From: Candidatus Nanobsidianus stetteri
Lineage (GTDB): Archaea > Nanobdellota > Nanobdellia > Nanobdellales > Nanobdellaceae
Assembly (NCBI RefSeq): GCF_003086415.1
Contig: NZ_QEFP02000004.1
Coordinates: 1-32,000, forward strand
Direction of reading: 5' to 3'
DNA length: 32,000 bases
The notes beneath the pieces were generated by a model that was given only the letters and a program-made list of their open reading frames with translations, was not told where the DNA came from and searched no databases. This document shows, piece after piece, positions 1 through 7,667 of the stretch; positions within the stretch are counted from its first letter, which is position 1; each line of letters begins with the position of its first letter. The position numbers and the translations under genes were made by a program.

Positions 1-64
1 GATCATCTATTTTTTCAGTTTTTGCTTCATGATTATAATAATTTTTATTATTATAAATTTCCAT
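1..64 (-). CDS. Hypothetical protein, 5' end only (runs off left edge)
   Basis: ATG at 64..62 on the minus strand opens the frame MEIYNNKNYYNHEAKTEKIDD..., which stays open to position 1. Only about 21 codons are visible and there is no recognisable motif. Confidence 0.25.
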   Translation of the reverse strand, partial: MEIYNNKNYYNHEAKTEKIDD

Positions 65-220
65 TCTTGGTATAGATTCTGCTATTCCATTTCCTTCTAT
101 TAAAGAGTCACATTTAGATATAATAATATTAAATAGTAACTTTGCTGAAAAATTAGAAAATACTGGAATAGGAAAAATAGTTAATTAAACTTATAAAATT
201 ATTTAATATAATTATCTTTA

Positions 221-535
221 ATGAAATTGCCAAAGATTGTTAACAAATATTGCCCATATTGTAGAAAAGTTACCGAACATAAAGTAATAATTATAAAAAG
301 TGTAAAAGCTAGGACTGGTTTGGTTTGGGGTTCTAGAAGAGCTAGAGAAGGAAAAAAAGGTAGAGGAAATAAAGGAAAATATAGTAAGAGACCTTTAACA
401 CAGAGAAAAAGAGGTGTCATAAAGACATCTAAAGGTGTTGATATAAGATTAGAATGTAATATATGTAAAAAACAAACTATATGGAGAATAGAAGGTAGAT
501 ACAAAAAAGTAGAGCTATCAACTTCTATAAAATGA
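221..535 (+). CDS. rpl44e: 50S ribosomal protein L44e (eL42)
   Basis: 104 aa. Two CxxC pairs (CPYC ... CNIC) form the L44e zinc ribbon, with a basic G/K/R-rich centre (KKGRGNKGKYSKRPLTQRKRG). It aligns by eye with archaeal L44e. Confidence 0.85.
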   Translation: MKLPKIVNKYCPYCRKVTEHKVIIIKSVKARTGLVWGSRRAREGKKGRGNKGKYSKRPLTQRKRGVIKTSKGVDIRLECNICKKQTIWRIEGRYKKVELSTSIK

Positions 536-1002
536 AGTCAAAGCTATATTTTGAAGCATTTTCTAATGATAAAGACAAATTAACAGAATTTTTAAATAAA
601 ACATTTGAGGCGATATCAAAATTCAAGAATTTCCAAGTAATAGATAAAAAAATTGCTGATCCTATAACAAAAGATATAAAAACCCCTGATGGAAAAACTA
701 TAAGTGGCTGGTCTTCTTATTTAGAAATATATGCAGATTTCAAAGACTTTGATTCATTAATAGATTTTATACTATTTTATACACCATCAAGAATCGATAT
801 AGAAGATATAAAAGAAATGAAAATTATAACAAAAGATAATGAAATAAAATATAACAAAGAGAAAATTAATTTATTATTAAATCAAATACCTCAAGCTATA
901 AATATGAAAGTATCTGCATTATTGAATATATATCTTGCTCAAGTTAAAAAGGATTCTAAAGGACCAGACAATCCAGCATTAACAAATTTAAAAATAAAAT
1001 AA
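532..1002 (+). CDS. Hypothetical protein (156 aa), translationally coupled to L44e
   Basis: Its ATG overlaps the L44e TGA (ATGA at 532-535). The K/E/I-rich composition matches the other cytosolic proteins here. It has no Cys and no motif I recognise. Confidence 0.5.
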   Translation: MKSKLYFEAFSNDKDKLTEFLNKTFEAISKFKNFQVIDKKIADPITKDIKTPDGKTISGWSSYLEIYADFKDFDSLIDFILFYTPSRIDIEDIKEMKIITKDNEIKYNKEKINLLLNQIPQAINMKVSALLNIYLAQVKKDSKGPDNPALTNLKIK

Positions 1003-1006
1003 AATT

Positions 1007-1804
1007 CTATCCATAATAATATCCAGAACTTTTTTCCCTCTTCATTTTTTCTTCCTCTAATTTCTTAATCATATTCAAATCTTTTTCTATTCTTTCTTTT
1101 AATTTCTTACCCTTTTCCTTTAAATCACTTGTATCAACCTGAAAATCATATAACTTACCCAAAATTTCCAATGCCTTTGAAGCACCAAAATATCCATTAA
1201 TTTGATTCGATAGATACGTTTCGACTAACAATAAATAAGCTGGTTTTTTGAATAGTTGAGAATAATATAAAAATAGTCCACTCATTCCAATAACATTATT
1301 TGATTTATATAAGTTTAGTTCCCCCAATTTTTCTTTTATCTTATTTATATCATAATATTTATTTAATGCAAATAAATAGTTTGGATTTTCTGGTTCTAAT
1401 TGATGTGAACCTATTCCACCAATTATACTTATCTCTAATAAATTAAACTTACTTATTATTCTAAACAGTCTATTCATAAATTTATATCTAAAGTATAAAG
1501 ATAATCCAGGATCTTCTAGAATCATTATTTGAAAATCTCCATATAATACTAGAAAATTATAATTACCAATTGGAACAGAATACAATTTATAACTTATATT
1601 ATCAGATATATATCCATCTTTATTTATTCTAACTACATCTGGAAAGAAATCTGTAATTATTCTTCCAACAACTTTTCCTTTATAAGTATCTATTAACTTT
1701 TTTCCAACTATTTTTGACAAATTTCCATATCCCCCGCCTATTGAATAAAGAAAAACTATGTTATTCATATTTTTTATTTTCTCTTTATCAATTATGAATT
1801 CCAT
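1007..1804 (-). CDS. PAC2-family protein (proteasome assembly chaperone / PbaA-PbaB-like)
   Basis: 265 aa with the PAC2/COG1938-like pattern (FLYSIGGGYGNLSKIVG..., IIGGIGS..., GMSGLFLYY..., LLVETY). A coiled-coil tail ends in ...SSGYYYG, which fits a C-terminal HbYX (hydrophobic-Tyr-X) motif. It lies directly downstream of aIF2-alpha and Nop10. Confidence 0.5.
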   Translation of the reverse strand: MEFIIDKEKIKNMNNIVFLYSIGGGYGNLSKIVGKKLIDTYKGKVVGRIITDFFPDVVRINKDGYISDNISYKLYSVPIGNYNFLVLYGDFQIMILEDPGLSLYFRYKFMNRLFRIISKFNLLEISIIGGIGSHQLEPENPNYLFALNKYYDINKIKEKLGELNLYKSNNVIGMSGLFLYYSQLFKKPAYLLLVETYLSNQINGYFGASKALEILGKLYDFQVDTSDLKEKGKKLKERIEKDLNMIKKLEEEKMKREKSSGYYYG

Positions 1805-1810
1805 AATATA

Positions 1811-1987
1811 TTATAATATATTATTTTTATATAAAGTTTCTTTTTTCATTTTTCTTCTATAATCACCCCACTTATCATCTGGAGAAAATTTTGGGGGTAT
1901 TATTCTAGATGTTTTATTACCGCAAATTGGACAGATTTCTTTAAATGTATATATTTTACAATTTTTACATTTTCTAATCTCCTTCAT
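1811..1987 (-). CDS. nop10: H/ACA RNP protein Nop10 (58 aa; absent from the supplied ORF track)
   Basis: My own translation gives MKEIRKCKNCKIYTFKEICPICGNKTSRIIPPKFSPDDKWGDYRRKMKKETLYKNNIL*. It has the Nop10 zinc ribbon (CxxC...CxxC) and the PxFSPxDK(Y/W)xxYRR signature. Its ATG (1987..1985) lies 14 nt inside the 3' end of aIF2-alpha in another frame. Confidence 0.85.
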   Translation of the reverse strand: MKEIRKCKNCKIYTFKEICPICGNKTSRIIPPKFSPDDKWGDYRRKMKKETLYKNNIL

Positions 1988-2750
1988 ATTTATTTATTTC
2001 ATAAACTATATTATAATTTTTAGCTTCTTTACTTATTAATTCTAACATTTCTTTTTCCTTTTTTTGTAGATCAGATGGGCTCGTAGTAACATATTTTAAC
2101 ATATAAGTAGGTGATCCCAAATATTTAATCATTATATTTAGATCCTTTATTTTTTTAAGAAATTCCTTTATTTTATATATTCCATCTCCATCTAAACAAT
2201 ATGCCTGCATTATATATGTAAACTCATATTTTGGTGGATTTAAATATTCAATTATATATTTATATAGTAAATCAGAATATTTTTTACTTATTTTATATTT
2301 ATCTAAAACGCTTTTTCCATTTATATAAGTTTCCAAAAATACACTATAAAGTTTATTTTCTGGAACGATTTTAAATATTATATCTTTTTCCAATTTACTC
2401 ATATCTATATTTTCCTTCTCACTCATTATTTTCAATATATTATAAGCAACCATCTCTCTTTTATATTCGAAAATCTTTGCTTTTTGTTTATTTTTGTCAA
2501 CTCTCTTTAAAGATAAAGTAACCAATCTATTTTGCTCATCTACATCAAGTACTAAACATACAATCTTTTTACCTTCTCTAACCAAAATCCTAGGATTTGT
2601 AATTCTTTTATTCGATAATTCATCTATTGGAATTATTCCATTAAAATTTTCATATTCGTCTAAGCTAACTTTTACATCTACATCCGATATATTTTTTACA
2701 GTACATATGACATAATCATTCACCTTTGGAGAATCTTTCCTCTTATACAT
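1974..2750 (-). CDS. eif2a: Translation initiation factor aIF2 alpha subunit
   Basis: 258 aa. The N-terminal S1/OB domain (PKVNDYVICTVKNISDVDVKVSLDEYENFNGIIPIDELS) is followed by helical and alpha-beta domains of the right length for aIF2-alpha. Nop10 lies immediately downstream, as in many archaea. Confidence 0.85.
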   Translation of the reverse strand: MYKRKDSPKVNDYVICTVKNISDVDVKVSLDEYENFNGIIPIDELSNKRITNPRILVREGKKIVCLVLDVDEQNRLVTLSLKRVDKNKQKAKIFEYKREMVAYNILKIMSEKENIDMSKLEKDIIFKIVPENKLYSVFLETYINGKSVLDKYKISKKYSDLLYKYIIEYLNPPKYEFTYIMQAYCLDGDGIYKIKEFLKKIKDLNIMIKYLGSPTYMLKYVTTSPSDLQKKEKEMLELISKEAKNYNIVYEINKYEGD

Positions 2751-2794
2751 TTTTTAAAATATATTAAAAATACTTATTAAATTTATATACTGCT

Positions 2795-3769
2795 CTAGGT
2801 TTTTGTTACTGGAATATTATATATATCTTCTTCATAACAGTTATATGAAAGATTCATTAAAACATATGCTTGTAATTCTAAATTTGAATTTAGTATATTT
2901 TGAATTTCTGGATTATTTTGTGCTAATTGTTGAATATTTATACTACATGATATTGTAGATGAATTTATTGGAACATTTTGTGTTGGTGTACATGAAAAAC
3001 CTTCCTCTCCATTTGGTATATTTATTTTATTTGCTGCAATAATATCTAATTCTGCATTTACATTAAATGTAGCCTGATTATTGGAATATACATTACTGAA
3101 GCATCCAACAGAATCTTGGAAAGCTATTGAAAAATATACATTTCCATTAGTTTCATTCACATTAATATTAGAATATTCTGGTGTTATTGGGGATGATGAA
3201 TAATATACAGGTTCAGTTAATGTTATCTGACTATTAGAATAATTTAATTGTAATGGAATTAATATATTAGTAACAACATTTGATATATTATATTCTACAA
3301 CTATTGGTATTTGAGTTGGTACTGCTTGAAGACCTGGACTCAGAGAAACTTCAATATTTCCAATGGTAGAATTTGAAGGAATAAGTTGATTAGAAGAAGA
3401 ATTATAAATTGCTGGTTCTGCATTAAAATTACCTGAGTAAGGAGAAGATAAAGCATAACTATAAATATAATATGAAACTTCTAATTGGGAATTTGACATT
3501 GTATAAATATTGTTAACATAAATAATGGGTAATTCATAATTTAAACCATTTGATTCACTATAATTTAATGAGGAAGGAGCTTGAACATATAAATATATAT
3601 TTCCAGGTTGATTTAATGCCCAGGAAGGTTGGTATAAATTAGAATTTCCACTATTAAAGAATCCAGAATTTCCAGATCCAATATTACCAATTGGACATGT
3701 AGAAAAATAAAATAGAGTAGTACCTGCAAATAATATTGGTAACATATATATAAATCTTCCAGACTTCAT
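2795..3769 (-). CDS. Exported/surface protein, N/S/Y-rich, many N-x-S/T sequons (function unknown)
   Basis: The N-terminus MKSGRFIYMLPILFAGTTLFYFSTC is a short basic head, a hydrophobic core and then a Cys (possible lipobox-like FSTC). The mature part is almost free of Lys/Arg and carries sequons NYS, NSS, NST, NIS, NET, NLS. It has 5 Cys. Confidence 0.6.
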   Translation of the reverse strand: MKSGRFIYMLPILFAGTTLFYFSTCPIGNIGSGNSGFFNSGNSNLYQPSWALNQPGNIYLYVQAPSSLNYSESNGLNYELPIIYVNNIYTMSNSQLEVSYYIYSYALSSPYSGNFNAEPAIYNSSSNQLIPSNSTIGNIEVSLSPGLQAVPTQIPIVVEYNISNVVTNILIPLQLNYSNSQITLTEPVYYSSSPITPEYSNINVNETNGNVYFSIAFQDSVGCFSNVYSNNQATFNVNAELDIIAANKINIPNGEEGFSCTPTQNVPINSSTISCSINIQQLAQNNPEIQNILNSNLELQAYVLMNLSYNCYEEDIYNIPVTKT

Positions 3770-3813
3770 TAATTATATATTTATTTTATCAATTAAAAAT
3801 TTTTGTGATAATA

Positions 3814-4086
3814 TTAACTTGATGTATTTGTATTATTTTGATTACTAGATGTATTTGTATTATTTAAGTTAATATTTCCATTTAATGCATTTTGAACAGT
3901 ATTATAGGCTTGCTGACTTTCATTGATAAATTGCATTGTACTATTTTTGATATTTTGAAAAATTGTATTATTTTCTAAATATCCAAGGATTTGATTGTGA
4001 TATAAATAGGCTACTACTATTAAAATTATTAGAATTAATAAAAAGATCACCCCACTTCCAGAGCTTTTAACTCCTCTCTTCTTCAT
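3814..4086 (-). CDS. Small membrane-anchored/exported protein with an Asn/Thr/Ser-rich tail
   Basis: 90 aa. MKKRGVKSSGSGVIFLLILIILIVVAYLY is a basic head plus one hydrophobic helix. The C-terminus carries sequons (NNT, NST, NES) and a duplicated NNTNTSS unit. Confidence 0.5.
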   Translation of the reverse strand: MKKRGVKSSGSGVIFLLILIILIVVAYLYHNQILGYLENNTIFQNIKNSTMQFINESQQAYNTVQNALNGNINLNNTNTSSNQNNTNTSS

Positions 4087-4118
4087 AAAGCAATTATAAA
4101 TTTCTTTATTTATAAATT

Positions 4119-5171
4119 TTAAGATATTTGTAAATAATCTATCTCAAGATAATTATCTGTCTTTATTTCTAATAGATTCTCTGGCAATAGACAATTATAT
4201 ATATTTATTGCATAAGCACCTACGGATGAACTTATATTGTATATGCAATTATTATTTAGTATAACTTCTCCAGATCCTTGACCAACTATAATATCTAATA
4301 TATAATTTGTTAAATTATTTGGAAATGCTATATAAAATATGTTACTCTTTGATTCTATATATAGATTATTTATATTAACTGGATATGATGATACTAAACT
4401 AATACTATTTTCTCCAACATTTAAATATGGAGTTAAATAAAATAAACCAGAACAAGAAGATAAAGGAATTGATAACCCATTTACAATTAATTCTACATTT
4501 TGAGGAGAATATGGACAAAAATCATAAAACATATATACATCTCCAGATATATAATAATAATTAAAATTTAATGATGAAAACTTTAGATAATTTACATTTA
4601 TATTATTCAATACACCATTTCCATTGAATATTATACTAGATGGGGAAAATTCTATTTTTAACTCATTATCACCATTATATAGATAATTTGGAGGGACAAA
4701 AATACTTATTTCACCATTTTGACATCCAGAATATAATTCATAATTATTTACGTATATATTAAAGTTTCCATTGTTACATGTAGAATAAGCAGTAATATTT
4801 ATTCCGTTATAATTATTGGAATAATAAAAATATAATGTCTTACTAACTGTTCCATAAAATATATTTGTTTCAAAATTTAAAGTTCCTAAATTAATATAAT
4901 ATACTGGCGTATAGATTCCTATTGTATAATTACTTGCTATATAATAATAATTTTGGCTTTTTGATAATTGTATATTTTGAAAAACATATTGATTACTAAT
5001 ATTTGTATATGAAGAATTTGAAGAAGAAGACAATGTTATATTAGTTCCATTAATTAATTGTTGTATTAAATATTGTTTATATTGATATGGAAGAATTGCC
5101 CAGTATACAAAAATTATTATACCCAGTAATATGAAGAATATACCCAAACCTGTTGTTTGCAATTTTTTCAT
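4119..5171 (-). CDS. Exported/surface protein, N/S/Y-rich, many N-x-S/T sequons (function unknown)
   Basis: 350 aa. The N-terminus is MKKLQTTGLGIFFILLGIIIFVYWAIL. I see no Arg at all and few Lys. Sequons include NGT, NIT, NSS, NIS, NYT, NLT. It has 6 Cys. The composition is completely unlike the K/E-rich cytosolic proteins nearby. Confidence 0.6.
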   Translation of the reverse strand: MKKLQTTGLGIFFILLGIIIFVYWAILPYQYKQYLIQQLINGTNITLSSSSNSSYTNISNQYVFQNIQLSKSQNYYYIASNYTIGIYTPVYYINLGTLNFETNIFYGTVSKTLYFYYSNNYNGINITAYSTCNNGNFNIYVNNYELYSGCQNGEISIFVPPNYLYNGDNELKIEFSPSSIIFNGNGVLNNINVNYLKFSSLNFNYYYISGDVYMFYDFCPYSPQNVELIVNGLSIPLSSCSGLFYLTPYLNVGENSISLVSSYPVNINNLYIESKSNIFYIAFPNNLTNYILDIIVGQGSGEVILNNNCIYNISSSVGAYAINIYNCLLPENLLEIKTDNYLEIDYLQIS

Positions 5172-5195
5172 ATTTTAATAAGATATCTTTAATAT

Positions 5196-6212
5196 TTATA
5201 TTTTATACCTTAATTTTCCAACAATACAAAATCTATCAATTAATTCGAAATTATTGACATTATTATTAACAAAATATATTTCCGCATCTATTTTATCAAG
5301 AATATTAAATAAATTTATAATTTTATCAATATTATTTTCTTCTTTCATTTTTTTAAAGCATTCTTCAGAAATTAAAACATATTCTATATTATTATACATT
5401 GCATTATTATATACATCATCATATCCAAATGCTACCATGTTTTTTTGTATTAAATATAATATTTCTTCAATTAATTTATTTATTTCTAAAATTTCTAAAT
5501 TTTTTAATGTTTCATAATATTCTGTTCTCCTAACAAATTCATATATACCATTTACACCTCCGTTAGACACTTTATATATTTTTATATTTTTTATATTTAA
5601 TTTATCCTTTATATAATCATAAAATTCTTCAGGATAAAATAATGGACCAATTATACATAGAAATTTAATATTATAATCTCTTAATGCATTTAAAAATTCT
5701 GAAAATATTTTATATAATTTTGCTTTTTCTTCTGGGTCTCCCTTATTTATCTTATAATATTCTTCTTTTATAATTTTTATCCCATTATTTATTATACCTA
5801 AAGCTATTTCATTACTATCTATAGATATTACAAAAATATCTTCCTTTTTTCTAGAAGATTTTTCCAATATCTTTTCTTCATATTTCTTTATCTCTTCCTT
5901 TTTATATAATGTAAATTCTGTAGATATTCTTATATCAAATGTATGATAATGGCCAATAGAATCTTTATCATTTGAATCAATTATTTTTCCAGAAATCCTT
6001 AGCGAATCTCTATATTCGGAAAATTTAATATTTTCAACTTCTATTTTTATCCTTATTTTTTTCTTTTCTTTCTCATTCTCAAATTTTAATGTTCTATAAT
6101 CATATCCTTCTATTATATCCCCAACATTAACTATTTTATACAAATATAATAAATCTACTTCATCTTCCACCCTAATTTTTATTGTTTTCTTATCTATTAT
6201 TTCATATTTCAT
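5196..6212 (-). CDS. pelA: Pelota (Dom34-like mRNA surveillance / ribosome rescue factor)
   Basis: 338 aa. The N-terminal Sm-like domain (MKYEIIDKKTIKIRVEDEVDLLYLYKIVNVGDII) is followed by aRF1-like central and C-terminal domains (GGVNGIYE...). It aligns by eye with archaeal Pelota. Confidence 0.8.
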   Translation of the reverse strand: MKYEIIDKKTIKIRVEDEVDLLYLYKIVNVGDIIEGYDYRTLKFENEKEKKKIRIKIEVENIKFSEYRDSLRISGKIIDSNDKDSIGHYHTFDIRISTEFTLYKKEEIKKYEEKILEKSSRKKEDIFVISIDSNEIALGIINNGIKIIKEEYYKINKGDPEEKAKLYKIFSEFLNALRDYNIKFLCIIGPLFYPEEFYDYIKDKLNIKNIKIYKVSNGGVNGIYEFVRRTEYYETLKNLEILEINKLIEEILYLIQKNMVAFGYDDVYNNAMYNNIEYVLISEECFKKMKEENNIDKIINLFNILDKIDAEIYFVNNNVNNFELIDRFCIVGKLRYKI

Positions 6213-7192
6213 ATTAGTAATAATATTAAAGAAAGAAATATTGGAGGAATAAATGGCGCCCCTTCCTTTACTTTTACTTTTATATCATTATATTCTCCCA
6301 ATTTTTTTAATATATTTATTTCTTCTTTTGAAAGACCAAATCTTCCAATAAACAATTTATTCTGGAATATATGATAAAATATTATGATAAATGGCATAGA
6401 ATAATAAAAGAAAATTTCATTTAAAAAATAAAATATCAATGGTAGAATTACAATAAATAAGATAATAATAGAATTTATTAATTTATTATTGCTCTTAAAT
6501 TTCAATATATACTTATTTTCATTTTCAAAAATATCAAAATATTTTATCAATATTTCTTTATCTTCCTTTTTTATATTATTAACTTCTATTCCATCTTCTA
6601 TCCAATCTCCCTCAACCAATTCATTTACATTTCTTATAAATGTTAGTTTTTCTTCCAGATCTTTTGATATATATCTAAATAGAAAATATGGTATATATAC
6701 AAAAATTAGAGAAATTAATAGATAATAAATGTTAAAATATAATATGAAAAGGTTGATAAAATATATAGAGATCAATATTAATACAATATTAAAGATAGAA
6801 ATATAATATTTTTTTCTATTTTCTTTATATATTTTGATAGCCTCTATATTGTGAAATATAAATCCAAATAATACTAGATAAAATAAAAATAATAACATCT
6901 TATATGGAGAAAAAAATGATAATAGAAAGAATATTGAAAAGAAAATATACAAATCTCCAATGGCCAATAATCTAAATAAATATAGTAATACAAAAAATAA
7001 AAGAATAAGATATGAAAATATAAGATTTTCTGAGTAAATATTTTGAATAATTAAGTATAAAAAATAAAATACATTAAATATTAATAAAATATATATTATT
7101 ATATCATCTACAGATTTGTATTTTATATCCTGGTACGATGAATATAATAATATTATCATATCAAATATCAATAAAGGGAGTATTTCATTCAT
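6209..7192 (-). CDS. A24-family aspartic membrane protease (prepilin/preflagellin peptidase-like) with extra domains
   Basis: A polytopic membrane protein. It has the first catalytic-Asp motif YQDIKYKSVDD near the N-terminus, the second GxGD-like motif LLAIGDLYIF, and a C-terminal EGAPFIPP resembling the PFGP motif of PilD/FlaK. Its stop overlaps the pelota start (ATGA at 6209-6212). Confidence 0.6.
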   Translation of the reverse strand: MNEILPLLIFDMIILLYSSYQDIKYKSVDDIIIYILLIFNVFYFLYLIIQNIYSENLIFSYLILLFFVLLYLFRLLAIGDLYIFFSIFFLLSFFSPYKMLLFLFYLVLFGFIFHNIEAIKIYKENRKKYYISIFNIVLILISIYFINLFILYFNIYYLLISLIFVYIPYFLFRYISKDLEEKLTFIRNVNELVEGDWIEDGIEVNNIKKEDKEILIKYFDIFENENKYILKFKSNNKLINSIIILFIVILPLIFYFLNEIFFYYSMPFIIIFYHIFQNKLFIGRFGLSKEEINILKKLGEYNDIKVKVKEGAPFIPPIFLSLILLLI

Positions 7193-7230
7193 ATAAAAAA
7201 TAAAAAATAGAATTCTTATAAATAATTATT

Positions 7231-7280
7231 ATGATGATGTGGACACAATCTGAATTAATGATGAAAGGAGTAGCTACTGA
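7231..7280 (+). ncRNA. C/D box sRNA (2'-O-methylation guide)
   Basis: The archaeal architecture is exact: C box ATGATGA (7231-7237), 12-nt guide TGTGGACACAAT, D' box CTGA (7250-7253), 4-nt spacer, C' box ATGATGA (7258-7264), 12-nt guide AAGGAGTAGCTA, D box CTGA (7277-7280), then TTTTT. It is intergenic and locally more G+C-rich than its flanks. Confidence 0.8.
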
Positions 7281-7310
7281 TTTTTAAATTTCCATATATT
7301 AATATTTATT

Positions 7311-7667
7311 ATGCCATTAATAATACCATCTCCAGAATATGCTAAAAGAAGGAAAATATTACAGATTAATAACAAAATTAAAAAATTGGAAAAAGATAGG
7401 ACTGGAAAGATAACTTTAGTATTAAAAAAGGAAATAGATCTAAACAATCTCAATGAATCATTAAAATTTATATCTATGTTAAAAGAATTGGAGGGAAGAA
7501 ATTTCTTTGACGAATTATATATTGTTAAATCCGATAGAGTATTTGATTATTTAGATATAGAAAGAGGATTAGACCAAAAAAGTATAGAAAAAGAAAAATT
7601 AATAAAATTGTATAATATAATAAGTAGGTTCTCAAATATAATAGATAAAATTAAAAAAATCTATTAG
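7311..7667 (+). CDS. Hypothetical protein (118 aa)
   Basis: An isolated plus-strand ORF inside a long minus-strand block, with K/E/I-rich composition and no recognisable motif. Its 3' end overlaps the convergent coiled-coil gene by 4 nt. Confidence 0.45.
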   Translation: MPLIIPSPEYAKRRKILQINNKIKKLEKDRTGKITLVLKKEIDLNNLNESLKFISMLKELEGRNFFDELYIVKSDRVFDYLDIERGLDQKSIEKEKLIKLYNIISRFSNIIDKIKKIY

